Below are positions 10,805 through 19,446 of a stretch of DNA of 56,403 bases, piece by piece; the stretch's first letter is position 1; every line of letters starts with the position of its first letter. Source of the stretch: Candidatus Binatia bacterium. GTDB lineage: Bacteria > Pseudomonadota > Gammaproteobacteria > Nevskiales > Nevskiaceae. Under the pieces are notes generated by a model, which had not been told where the DNA came from, searched no databases, and saw only the letters and a program-made list of their open reading frames with translations. The translations under genes were made by a program, and so were the position numbers. The DNA is taken from positions 1 through 56,403 of the forward strand of contig DATLCG010000142.1 in NCBI GenBank assembly GCA_035526525.1, given 5' to 3'.

Positions 10805-11655
10805 AGCCCCTGGCGATCGTGGGCGTCGGCTCGTGGGCGCACGTCGCCGGCGACGCGCCGGCGGAGCTGCGCGCCGAGCTGAAATCCGCGGTGCCCAACG
10901 CGCCGCGAAGGCTCAATCGCCTGATCGAGCTCGCCCTGATCGGCGCGCACCGCGCGCTGGCGGGGTCCTTGCCGCCGCCGGGCACCGCGATCTACACCGC
11001 TTTCACCAGCGGCTGCATCGGCGATTCGGCGCTGATGGTCAACAACGTGGTGCACGGACGGCCCAGCATGCCGGTGACGTTCATCAACGTGTCCAGCAAC
11101 ATGGCGGGCTTCTACGTCGCCTCGAGCCTCGGCCTGCACAGCGCCAACCACGTCGTCTCGGCCACCGACTTCGCGTGGGAATCGGCGCTCGAGCTGGGCC
11201 TGCTCGGCGCCGGGCGCAGCCTGCTGCTGGGCGCGGTCGAGGAGTGCGCCTGGCCGCTGCCCGAGCACCGCGAGCGCCTGCACCTGTCGCCGGGCACCCC
11301 GTTGCTCGAAAGCAGCCAGTGGCTGTTCGGCGATCGCGAGGCGCGCGCATCGCGAGGCGCCATCCGCCATGTCGAGCGTGTCGCCGACGATGCCGCGCTC
11401 GCCGGCCTGCTCGGACGCCTCGCGCCCAGCACCCACCTGCGGCTGCAGGGCGGCGACGCGTCGCGCGCGGCCGCGCTCGCCGGCCAGACCGGCGCCGCGC
11501 TCTGGAGCGGCGGCGAGGCAGAGGGCTTCACCGGATTGTCGTCGGCGCTGGCGTGCTGCCGTTTCCTGCTGCGCGAGCGCGGCGTGCTGCTGCACCTGAC
11601 GCGCGGCACGTCGGGCGCGTGGTACGCGGTGCAGATCGAGAGCTGCGGCGTCTAG
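10801..11655 (+). CDS. KS-like protein lacking catalytic Cys (chain-length-factor-like partner)
   Basis: 284 aa. Begins like a KS (MKPLAIVGVGSWAHV...). The stretch aligning by eye to NTACSSS reads FINVSSNMAG, with no Cys. The C-terminal His region is absent. ATGA overlap with the KS. Confidence 0.7.
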   Translation: MKPLAIVGVGSWAHVAGDAPAELRAELKSAVPNAPRRLNRLIELALIGAHRALAGSLPPPGTAIYTAFTSGCIGDSALMVNNVVHGRPSMPVTFINVSSNMAGFYVASSLGLHSANHVVSATDFAWESALELGLLGAGRSLLLGAVEECAWPLPEHRERLHLSPGTPLLESSQWLFGDREARASRGAIRHVERVADDAALAGLLGRLAPSTHLRLQGGDASRAAALAGQTGAALWSGGEAEGFTGLSSALACCRFLLRERGVLLHLTRGTSGAWYAVQIESCGV

Positions 11656-12686
11656 GCCGCCTTGCGCCGCGCATCGAGCGCGCGGGCGATCTCCAGCAGC
11701 TCGCGGTAGGCGGACTGCTCGAGCGCGGCGCAATGCCGCAGGGCCGCAGCGAGCGGTGCCGTGTCGCGCTGGCTCTTGTCCTTGACGTAGCGCGCACCGG
11801 CGAGAGCGAACGCCCGCCAGGCGTCGCCGATCGCCGTGAAGCCGCGGCTGGCCTCGGCCAGGCGCGGCTCGTCCAGGCGCTCGCTCGCCTCCTGCAGGAA
11901 GGCGGCATACATGAAGCGGAAGCCGCCGCCGCCGGTGCCGATCTCCTCCTGCATGCGCACGATCTGGCCGACGAACAGTCGCACGTAGCGCGGATCGGCG
12001 CGGCTGCCCATGCGCTCGATCGTGCGCGCCAGGCGCAGCATGGCGCTGATGCCGACGATCATCGGCGTGTGCAGCATCATGCGCGCGGTCTTCCTGAGCG
12101 CGTACGGCACGAGCCGCGCATGGTCCACCTCGCGCGGCACGTTTTCCGGAAAATACAGCAGGCCTTTCGGCGCCAGCGCGCCCTTGGCGAACCGCGCCTT
12201 GGCGAGGTCGGCGGCGGGACAGCGCTGCGGGTGCTCGAACACGGGATCGGACAGCAGGTAGTCCCCGCCGTCGCGGCCGTACACGATCAGGTTGTGCGCG
12301 TTGAAGTGGAAGCGCATGTTCGTGGGGAAGTACGGCAGCCAGAACACCGAGGCCTGCACGCCCACCGGCCGTCCCGCAGCGAGGTGCGCGTCCAGCGCGC
12401 GCGCGCCGGCGGCGGCGTCGCCGAAGCGCTGGCGTCGCAGCCGGAAGCCAAGCCGTTTGGCCAGCGTGCGGTAGATCGACCCCGGCGGCATGCGGTAGCT
12501 GGTGAGCGGCAGGCCGCCGACCTTGAAGAACGGGAAGTGGGCGAAGGTCAGGCCGTGTCCCAGGCCGAGCGCCATCGGCTCGCTGATCGACAGCCCCGCG
12601 TGCCGCAGCAGTCCGGCGGTGACGCCGGTCTCGCAATGGCCGGCATGGCGATGCTCGAACGGCATGGCGGACTGCGGCGCGCTCAT
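11652..12686 (-). CDS. BtrH N-terminal domain / DUF4872-like protein
   Basis: 344 aa. N-terminus ...FEHRHAGHCETGVTAGLLRHAGLSISEPMALGLG... resembles the BtrH_N (papain-like Cys/His) family. ATG at 12686 overlaps the upstream stop. Its stop shares CTAG with the convergent KS-like gene. Confidence 0.7.
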   Translation of the reverse strand: MSAPQSAMPFEHRHAGHCETGVTAGLLRHAGLSISEPMALGLGHGLTFAHFPFFKVGGLPLTSYRMPPGSIYRTLAKRLGFRLRRQRFGDAAAGARALDAHLAAGRPVGVQASVFWLPYFPTNMRFHFNAHNLIVYGRDGGDYLLSDPVFEHPQRCPAADLAKARFAKGALAPKGLLYFPENVPREVDHARLVPYALRKTARMMLHTPMIVGISAMLRLARTIERMGSRADPRYVRLFVGQIVRMQEEIGTGGGGFRFMYAAFLQEASERLDEPRLAEASRGFTAIGDAWRAFALAGARYVKDKSQRDTAPLAAALRHCAALEQSAYRELLEIARALDARRKAA

Positions 12687-13084
12687 GCGGGCGGCACCGT
12701 GCGCAGCGCGGCCGCCGGCACCCCGAGGGCGTCGGCGTAGCGGGCAAGCAGCGCGTCGTCGAGCCGGGGGAACACGTCCGGCCGCAGGTGCCGGCGCACG
12801 CGCCAGCGCCACAGCCCGGCGACCTGTGCCAGCGTCTCGACTTCCATGCGCCGGTCGTACATGTGGAACTCCAGCGGCGAGGCCTCGCCGCGGCGCGCGC
12901 GGGCCAGCGCGTCCTGTGCGAGGCGGGCGTACTCGTCCACGGCCTGGCGGTTGACGATCTCGTCCGCACGCCAGCCGGCCGAAGGCACCGTGGTGTAGCG
13001 GCCGGTCTCGTCCACCGCGTAGAGCGCGCGGCGCTCGTCGCCGGTCTCGGGATTGCGGTCCTGCGGGACCTCGTTCTTCTTCAC
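12683..13084 (-). CDS. hypothetical protein (133 aa), possible C-terminal helix-turn-helix
   Basis: Strong G/C third-position bias. The C-terminal segment METLAQVAGLWRWRVRRHLRP...LLARYADALGV resembles an XRE-type HTH by eye. I do not confidently recognise any family. Confidence 0.6.
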   Translation of the reverse strand: MKKNEVPQDRNPETGDERRALYAVDETGRYTTVPSAGWRADEIVNRQAVDEYARLAQDALARARRGEASPLEFHMYDRRMEVETLAQVAGLWRWRVRRHLRPDVFPRLDDALLARYADALGVPAAALRTVPPA

Positions 13085-13103
13085 GGTCGCGGCCGCGCGG
13101 CGC

Positions 13104-14279
13104 TCAGCCGGCGCCGTTGACCGCGGTGATCAGCGCGTACGCCGCCGAGAAGCGGCCGCTCTCGGGAACGAACATCAGGATGCGGTCGCCGGGCTCGACG
13201 CCGTGGCGCCGCACCAGCTCCTCGAGCATCAGGTAGGGCGACGCCGAGCCGACGTTGCCGACGTGCGTGAGGTTGGTGAACCAGCGCTCCTGCGGCACGT
13301 CGAAGCCGACGCGCTTGATCGCCTGGTGCACGTGCTCGCGGAAGTATTCCGAGGAGTAGTGCGGCAGGAACCAGCGCACGTCGTCGGCCTTCAGCCCGCG
13401 GCGGCGCAGCACTTCGGGTAACGCGCGCTCGATGCAGTACTTCACGACGTTGTCGTTCAGCTGCCGCACGTCCTGCTTGACCGTGAAGGCACAGCTCTTG
13501 GCCGCGTCCACGGTGGACGCGTACTCGCGCCAGCCGCGCAGCCGGCCGTCGGCGCCCTTGTCGGCGCCGGCGTACATGCACGCGGTCTGCTCGTGCGCGT
13601 AGGAGATCAGCTCGATCCAGTCCAGCCGCAGGGCGACACCGCTCTTGTGCAGCGGCTCCGGGCCCAGCAGCATCGCGCCGGCGCCGTCCGACAGCATCCA
13701 GCGCAGGAAATCGCGATCGAAGGCGAGCTCGGGCCGCTTCTTGAGGTCGTCCTCGGTCGCCTGCGACTCGACCGCGAACTGCTGTGCGCGCAGGAAGGTG
13801 GACACGGCCTCGGAGCCGGTCGCGACCGCGGAGCGCGCCGCGCCGGTGGCGACCGCCATGTGCGCGTACTTGAGCGCGCCGATGCCGGCGCAGCAGATGC
13901 CCGCGATCGAGACGGTCTCGCACGGCACGCTGCCGAGCTCGCCGTGCACCATGACCGCGTGTCCGGGCGCGAGCTGGTCCGGCGAAGAAGTGCCGCAGGC
14001 GAGCAGGTCGATCTGCGACAGCGACACGCCGTCGCCGGCGAGGCGCCGGATGGCCTCGGCGGTCAGCTGCGCATTGTTGTAGCGCGGCTGCCCGGTCTGC
14101 GCGTCGAGCACGTAGTGGCGCGCAAGAATGCCGTTGCTGCGCAGGATCACGCGGCGCACCCGTGACGGCTTGCCGTTGATCTGGCCGAGCACCTTCTCCA
14201 TCTCGTCGTTGGAGACCGGCGCGTTCGGCAGGAAGGCGGCGAGACGCTGGATGTAGACGGGCTGCATGACGTCGCTCAA
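13104..14279 (-). CDS. darB: KAS III-like ketosynthase (DarB-like, dialkylresorcinol/cyclohexanedione-forming type)
   Basis: 391 aa. FabH-fold triad candidates: Cys in SIAGICCAGIGAL, His in LPHYSSEYF, Asn in THVGNVGSAS. 4-nt overlap with the DarA-like gene. Confidence 0.75.
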   Translation of the reverse strand: MSDVMQPVYIQRLAAFLPNAPVSNDEMEKVLGQINGKPSRVRRVILRSNGILARHYVLDAQTGQPRYNNAQLTAEAIRRLAGDGVSLSQIDLLACGTSSPDQLAPGHAVMVHGELGSVPCETVSIAGICCAGIGALKYAHMAVATGAARSAVATGSEAVSTFLRAQQFAVESQATEDDLKKRPELAFDRDFLRWMLSDGAGAMLLGPEPLHKSGVALRLDWIELISYAHEQTACMYAGADKGADGRLRGWREYASTVDAAKSCAFTVKQDVRQLNDNVVKYCIERALPEVLRRRGLKADDVRWFLPHYSSEYFREHVHQAIKRVGFDVPQERWFTNLTHVGNVGSASPYLMLEELVRRHGVEPGDRILMFVPESGRFSAAYALITAVNGAG

Positions 14280-15211
14280 GAGAAACGGCTGAGCCGTTCG
14301 GTGCCGCGCCCGGATGGCCGCTCGTACGCCGCCGCCTGCGCCTGCAGGCGGGCGCGCATGAGCGGTTTCAGCAGGGTGCGAATGGCGAGCGACACGGGTA
14401 CCACGGTGATGATCATCAGGACCAGGAAGGCGACGTACACCGCCAGCACCGGCCGCCGCGTCCGGGCCCCCGGCCCACCCGCAGCGGAGACGATCTTACT
14501 CCACACCCTGAAGCTCCGACGCCCGATTTTTTCACTCATGACCAGGGCGGGATCGACCTGGGCCGCCCCGAGGCCGGTGAGCACCGGGCGCTGCCCGTCC
14601 AGCGAGCCGTCGGCGAACGCCGCGGCCAGCGCGCGGCCGAAGCGGACGCTGCCGGCGACCTGGGCATCGGTGAGTCCGGCGCGCGGCAGCGAGGCGACCG
14701 CGTCGCGACGGCCGGTGAGCATCCACGCGGGCGTGGTGACCACCGTGACCAGCGTGTGGCCGGGATCGGTCAGGGCGACGTGGTCGCTGTGCCGCGCGCC
14801 GGCCCCGGCCAGCATCCGCTTCACGTCCTCCTGCGCCAGCACCCACATGTTGCGGGCCGCGGTCACGGTGACGACCGGGGTGTCGCGCAGCACCGCGCGC
14901 CCCGCTTCCGACTGCAGGAAGGCCGCGACCGGTGGCGCAGGCGACAGGAACCACGGCGTCCAGCACAGCAGCACCAGGTCGTAGCGCGCGGCGACCGACC
15001 AGGAACGCAGCGGCGGCGGCGTCAGGCGCACGCTCTCGGGGAAGGCGTCGAGAAAGCTCCAGAAGGTCCACGGGAACGGGTAGGGCGGCTGCGATTCCAG
15101 CCGCAACCAGTCCACCGTGTGGCCGGCTTCGTGCAGCGGCGCAGCGATGGCGCGCGCGACGCGCTCCAGCTGCCCGGTCTGCGAATAAAGGACGACGAGG
15201 ATCCGCTTCAT
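14276..15211 (-). CDS. darA: DarA-like protein (flavodoxin-fold N-terminus, C-terminal TM anchor)
   Basis: 311 aa. MKRILVVLYSQTGQLERVARAI flavodoxin-like start and C-terminal TM VLAVYVAFLVLMIITVVPVSLAI. Pairing with a KAS III gene matches the darA-darB arrangement. Family assignment is from memory, not searched. Confidence 0.65.
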   Translation of the reverse strand: MKRILVVLYSQTGQLERVARAIAAPLHEAGHTVDWLRLESQPPYPFPWTFWSFLDAFPESVRLTPPPLRSWSVAARYDLVLLCWTPWFLSPAPPVAAFLQSEAGRAVLRDTPVVTVTAARNMWVLAQEDVKRMLAGAGARHSDHVALTDPGHTLVTVVTTPAWMLTGRRDAVASLPRAGLTDAQVAGSVRFGRALAAAFADGSLDGQRPVLTGLGAAQVDPALVMSEKIGRRSFRVWSKIVSAAGGPGARTRRPVLAVYVAFLVLMIITVVPVSLAIRTLLKPLMRARLQAQAAAYERPSGRGTERLSRFS

Positions 15212-15289
15212 GGTCTGCGCCCGGTGGTCCGGGCTTCTCCCTGCCCCGACGCTAACCCCGCGGGGCGAGCGGCGGCAAGCGGAGCGGGG

Positions 15290-16969
15290 TCAGTGCCGCA
15301 GGCCTTCGCGCGCCAGCCGCCGGTTGATCACCCACTGCTGCGCGATGCTGACGAGGTTGCTGACGAACCAGTACAGCACCAGCCCGGCGGGAAAGAAGGC
15401 GAAGAACACCGACATCATCCACGGCATCATTCCCATCATGCGCTGCTGCATCGGATCGGCGACGACGTTTCCGGACAGCTTCTGCTGCAGGAACATCGAG
15501 ACGCCGAACAGCACCGGCAGCACGTAGAACGGGTCCGGCGAGGACAGGTCGTGGATCCAGAGCGCGAAGTCGGCCTGGCGCAGCTCCACGCTCTGCAGCA
15601 GCACCCAGTACAGCGCGAAGAACACCGGCATCTGCACCAGCAGTGGCCAGCAGCCGGCGAGCGGGTTGAATTTTTCCTTCTTGTACAGCTCCATCATCGC
15701 CTGGTTGAGGCGCGCGCGATCGTCGGCGTGACGCTCCTTCAGCTCCTGGATCCGCGGCGCGTACTTCTTCATCTTCGCCATCGAGCGGAACTGCGCCTCG
15801 CTGAGCTTGAACATGGCGAGGCGCACCGCCAGCGTCAGCAGGATGATCGCGAAGCCCCAGTTGTGCGTCAGTCGGTGGAACCAGCTCAGCAGCCAGAACA
15901 GCGGCTTGGCGATCGGCGCGAGGATGCCGTAGTCCTCGGTCAGCTCGAGCCCGGGCGCGAGCGCCGCCAGCTGGCCCTGCCGCGTCGGTCCGACGTAGAG
16001 CCGCACCGCGAAATCGGCCGCCTGCCCCGGCGCCGCGGTCTTCGGCGCGCCGAGGTACTGCGCGACGTAGCCGCGCGTGGCCGAGGGCCGCGCGGCGAGG
16101 GTCGCCGGCTCGCCGGCCGGCGGCAGGATGGCCGCGAAGAAATAGTGCTGCAGCATGGCCACCCAGCCGCCGGATTGCTGCAGCGACAGCGGCTCGTCCT
16201 GCAGGTCCTTGAAGTCGATCTTGCGGAAGCGGAAATCGCCGGACGGCTTGCGCTCGTAGACGCCGAGTCCCATGAAGGTCTTCAGGAAGCGGGGCTCTTC
16301 GCCCAGCGCGAACGGCGTGCGCCACATCTGCACGTAGGCGCTGGCCGCGAGCGGCGCGGCGGAGCCGTTGTCGAGGTGCTGCTCGAGATCCACCACGTAG
16401 GTGCCGCGATGAAAGCGGTAGCGCTTGGTCACGCGCGCGCCGTCCGCGCGCACGAGCTGCAGCGGGACTTCCACCGCGTCGGCGCCCTCGGCCAGCGTGT
16501 AGAACTCCTTTTCGGCGGTGAAGCGGTCCTCGTGCGAGGCCACCGGCTGCTGCGTCCCGGCGAGTCCGCTCTGGATCACGAACCAGTGGTCGTCGCGATC
16601 GTCGAGCAGCGCCACGTTGACGTCCGGCTGCTGCTTGGCGACCGCAAAGCCCTTCAGCTCGGCGCGGCGCAGGTCGCCGCCCTGCAGCGCAATCTCGACC
16701 GACATCACGTCCGTGTCCACGTGGATGCGGCGCGTCTCGCCGGTGGCGGCCAGTGCGCTCGGGGGCGGGGCGGATTCTCCGGGCGCCGCAGGGGCCGCCG
16801 GCGGAGCGGTGGCCGCGTCGGCCGCCGCGGGCGCGGCCGCAACAGGAACTGCGGGCGCAGTCGCGGCCGGCGCCGCGGGATGGTCCTGCTGCCAGGCCTG
16901 ATAAAGAAGGAACAGCACGATGCCGAGCGCGGTGATCAGCGCGAAGCGGCGGTTCTCGACGGTGATCAT
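15290..16969 (-). CDS. yidC: membrane protein insertase YidC
   Basis: 559 aa. N-terminal TM, Ala/Pro-rich linker, large periplasmic domain, conserved C-terminal core ...[20 protein letters not shown]...[19 protein letters not shown].... ATG overlaps the yidD stop. Confidence 0.96.
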   Translation of the reverse strand: MITVENRRFALITALGIVLFLLYQAWQQDHPAAPAATAPAVPVAAAPAAADAATAPPAAPAAPGESAPPPSALAATGETRRIHVDTDVMSVEIALQGGDLRRAELKGFAVAKQQPDVNVALLDDRDDHWFVIQSGLAGTQQPVASHEDRFTAEKEFYTLAEGADAVEVPLQLVRADGARVTKRYRFHRGTYVVDLEQHLDNGSAAPLAASAYVQMWRTPFALGEEPRFLKTFMGLGVYERKPSGDFRFRKIDFKDLQDEPLSLQQSGGWVAMLQHYFFAAILPPAGEPATLAARPSATRGYVAQYLGAPKTAAPGQAADFAVRLYVGPTRQGQLAALAPGLELTEDYGILAPIAKPLFWLLSWFHRLTHNWGFAIILLTLAVRLAMFKLSEAQFRSMAKMKKYAPRIQELKERHADDRARLNQAMMELYKKEKFNPLAGCWPLLVQMPVFFALYWVLLQSVELRQADFALWIHDLSSPDPFYVLPVLFGVSMFLQQKLSGNVVADPMQQRMMGMMPWMMSVFFAFFPAGLVLYWFVSNLVSIAQQWVINRRLAREGLRH

Positions 16970-17232
16970 GCCGGCCTTCCAGTCAGAGATGCGGGAGGCA
17001 CGGGATCGAAACCGCCCTCGTTCAGTGGGTGGCACCGGCACAGGCGGCGTGCCGCCAGCACGCTGCCGCGCAGCGCGCCGTGCCGCTGCAGTGCCTCGAT
17101 CGCGTACGCCGAGCACGTGGGATGGAACCGGCAGCGCGGACCGACCAGTGCATGCAGCACCGGGCTGAGCGCGGCCCGGTAGGCGCGCAGCAGCGCGATC
17201 AGGAGCGCGCGCACGTCGTGGCCCGGCGCCAC
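16966..17232 (-). CDS. yidD: membrane protein insertion efficiency factor YidD
   Basis: [36 protein letters not shown] is the YidD signature. The start is uncertain (ATG 17232 or GTG 17214); either choice overlaps the rnpA 3' end. Confidence 0.9.
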   Translation of the reverse strand: MAPGHDVRALLIALLRAYRAALSPVLHALVGPRCRFHPTCSAYAIEALQRHGALRGSVLAARRLCRCHPLNEGGFDPVPPASLTGRPA

Positions 17233-17549
17233 AGCTGGCGCAGCGCGTCGTTGACGGCGGCGGGGCGCGCGGCGGCGGCCCCGGGGCGCGCGAGCAGCAC
17301 GATGTCCAGCGCCGGCAGCGCCGCGACGGCTTCGCGGAAACTGGCGCGGGCCTGGCGCTTGATGCGGTTGCGGTCCACGGCGCGCGGCACGCTGCGCGCT
17401 GCAATCGCCAGGCCGAGTCGTGCGTGCGGCAGCGCGTTGGATACGAGCGCGGCGGTCAGCGGCGGCTGCTGCAGGCGGCGGCCGCCGGCGAGCGCGGCCT
17501 TGAAGTCGGCGGGCCGGCGCAGCCGCAAGGCGGGCGGGAAGGCGGCCAC
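17199..17549 (-). CDS. rnpA: ribonuclease P protein component
   Basis: 116 aa with a GTG start. ...[12 protein letters not shown]...[28 protein letters not shown]... (RNR motif). Position between rpmH and yidD. Confidence 0.93.
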   Translation of the reverse strand: MAAFPPALRLRRPADFKAALAGGRRLQQPPLTAALVSNALPHARLGLAIAARSVPRAVDRNRIKRQARASFREAVAALPALDIVLLARPGAAAARPAAVNDALRQLWRRATTCARS

Positions 17550-17561
17550 GCGCGGCGGCCT

Positions 17562-17696
17562 TTAAGGAATGAGCTTGGCGCGGCCCTTGGCGCGGCGGCG
17601 GGCCAGTACGCGGCGCCCGCCCTGCGTCTTCATGCGCGCGCGAAAGCCGTGCGTGCGCTTCTTGCGGAGCTTCTTGGGCTGATAGGTGCGTTTCAT
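17562..17696 (-). CDS. rpmH: 50S ribosomal protein L34
   Basis: [44 protein letters not shown], 44 aa, read from the tail of a longer ORF. Confidence 0.98.
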   Translation of the reverse strand: MKRTYQPKKLRKKRTHGFRARMKTQGGRRVLARRRAKGRAKLIP

Positions 17697-17871
17697 CGCG
17701 TCACTGGCGCCGTTGCGCGGTCGTGCAAAAAAAGGTCGCGGATGATAGCGACGGGGCACGGCAGCGGCAACCAAAAATCGCGTTGGCGCGGCCGGGGTCG
17801 GGGTATAGACTGGCCGCCGCTTCGCGTCCGCTTCACCAATCCAACTCTTTTTCCGCCCCGGGGGCTCCGCA

Positions 17872-19200
17872 GTGGTCGAGCTTTGGCACAAGTGTCTGCG
17901 GCGTCTGGAGAGCGAGCTCAGCGGCAGCGATGTCGCCACCTTCCTGCGGCCCCTGCAGGTGATGGTGAGCGAGGGCAAGCTGGTGCTGCTGGCGCCCAAC
18001 CGCGTGGTGCTGCGGCGCGTGCGCGAGGATTTCCTGCCGCAGATCCGCAAGACGTTGACCGGCATTGCCGGCGACGATGCACCCGCCGTGGACGCCGCGA
18101 TCGGCGCGGGCGGCCCGGCCAAGGCGGTCGCCGCGGTGGCGCCGGTGGAAGAGGACGTCGCGCAGGCCGCGCAGGCCAGCGGCGGCAGCAAGCTCAACTC
18201 GCGCCACACCTTCGAGGCGTTCATCGAGGGCAAGTCCAACGCGCAGGCCCGCGCCTACGCCGTGCGCGTGGCGGACGCGCCGGGCGGCGAGTTCAATCCG
18301 CTGCTGATCTACGGCGAGTCGGGCCTGGGCAAGACCCACCTGATGCACGCCATCGGCAACCGCATCCTGGAGAAGAATCCGAAGGGCCGCGTGCTCTACG
18401 TCGGCGCCGAGCGTTTCGTGCGCGACCTGGTGACGGCGATCCAGCGCGGCAAGACCGAGGATTTCAAGAATCACTACCGCCAGGTGGACGCGCTGCTGAT
18501 CGACGACATCCACTTCTTCGTCGGCAAGCCGTCCACCCAGGAAGAGTTCTTCCACACGTTCAACGACCTGCTCGACCGTCGCCAGCAGATGATTCTCACC
18601 TGCGACCGCTACCCGGCCGAGCTGGACGGCCTCGACAAGCGGCTCAAGTCGCGCTTCACCTGGGGCCTGTCGGTGCCGGTGGAGCCGCCCGAGCTGGAAA
18701 CGCGCGTGGCGATCCTGCAGAGCAAGGCCTCGCGCAACCACCAGAAGCTGCCGGAGGACGTCGCCTTCTTCGTCGCCCAGCGAATCCGTTCCAACGTGCG
18801 CGAACTCGAAGGCGCCCTGCACCGCCTGTCGGCGTCGTCGCAGCTGACCGGGCGCCCGCTCACCGTGGACTTCGCGCGCGAGACCCTGCGCGACATGCTG
18901 GCCGCCTACGAGCGACTGATCACGATCGACAACATCAAGCGCCAGGTGAGCAACTACTTCAACATCCGGCTGACCGACCTGTCGTCGCCGCGGCGCCCGC
19001 GCTCGCTGGCGCGCCCGCGCCAGATCGCGATGAGCCTGGCCAAGGAACTGACGCAGCATTCGCTGCCCGAGATCGGCCACGCCTTCGGCAAGGACCACAC
19101 CACGGTGCTGCACGCGTGCCGCAAGATCGGACAGTTGCGCAAGGACGATGGGCGCGTCCGCGAGGACTACGAAAACCTGTTGCGGGCGCTCAGCTACTGA
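17872..19200 (+). CDS. dnaA: chromosomal replication initiator protein DnaA
   Basis: 442 aa with a GTG start. Walker [18 protein letters not shown], box VII and sensor motifs, C-terminal DNA-binding domain ...[22 protein letters not shown].... Confidence 0.98.
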   Translation: MVELWHKCLRRLESELSGSDVATFLRPLQVMVSEGKLVLLAPNRVVLRRVREDFLPQIRKTLTGIAGDDAPAVDAAIGAGGPAKAVAAVAPVEEDVAQAAQASGGSKLNSRHTFEAFIEGKSNAQARAYAVRVADAPGGEFNPLLIYGESGLGKTHLMHAIGNRILEKNPKGRVLYVGAERFVRDLVTAIQRGKTEDFKNHYRQVDALLIDDIHFFVGKPSTQEEFFHTFNDLLDRRQQMILTCDRYPAELDGLDKRLKSRFTWGLSVPVEPPELETRVAILQSKASRNHQKLPEDVAFFVAQRIRSNVRELEGALHRLSASSQLTGRPLTVDFARETLRDMLAAYERLITIDNIKRQVSNYFNIRLTDLSSPRRPRSLARPRQIAMSLAKELTQHSLPEIGHAFGKDHTTVLHACRKIGQLRKDDGRVREDYENLLRALSY

Positions 19201-19446
19201 GCCTGCAAAGCCTGGTGACAAACCTGTGGATGGTGGGCGCGGAAACACGGGATGGATTTGGAAGCGGCAAAGCATCCACAATCCGTCCCCGGCTTCGGCG
19301 GGGGGCAGCCCCCAGGCGTTGAAGGCGGAAATACTGTCGTAAGCGGCTGATGTTGTTTGGAAAGTCAAAACAGCTCTCGTGGGCGGCCTTCCCCAACAGC
19401 AACCACAATTCTTCTTATTCAAAGAAAGATAAAAGAAGGTGAAGCG
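19201..19446. other. candidate oriC / DnaA-regulated spacer between dnaA and dnaN
   Basis: Inverted pair of 7/9 DnaA-box matches: TGTGGATgg at 19225-19233 and gcATCCACA at 19272-19280. A weaker aACCACA at about 19400. GC hairpins at about 19287-19313. A markedly AT-rich 35-40 nt block, AATTCTTCTTATTCAAAGAAAGATAAAAGAAGG, at 19408-19440 just before dnaN. Confidence 0.4.

Noticed and set aside
10576-12969. 797-aa minus-strand ORF and the 635-aa plus ORF at 10833-12740
   Set aside because: They are out of frame or antisense relative to the KS, KS-like and BtrH-like genes, which show real motifs and coupled starts and stops.
14756-17182. 808-aa plus-strand ORF
   Set aside because: It is antisense to the DarA-like gene and yidC. 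It is Arg/Gly/His-rich low-complexity sequence.
17199-17232. 34-nt overlap between the rnpA 3' end and the yidD 5' end as an anomaly
   Set aside because: rnpA-yidD overlap is common and the yidD start is uncertain, so it is not noteworthy.
17697-17871. rpmH-dnaA spacer as oriC, with a possible dnaA promoter (TTGGCG 17783-17788 / TATAGA 17804-17809)
   Set aside because: There is no 7/9-or-better DnaA box and no AT-rich unwinding block. The promoter-like hexamers have a 15-nt spacer and are too weak to call.
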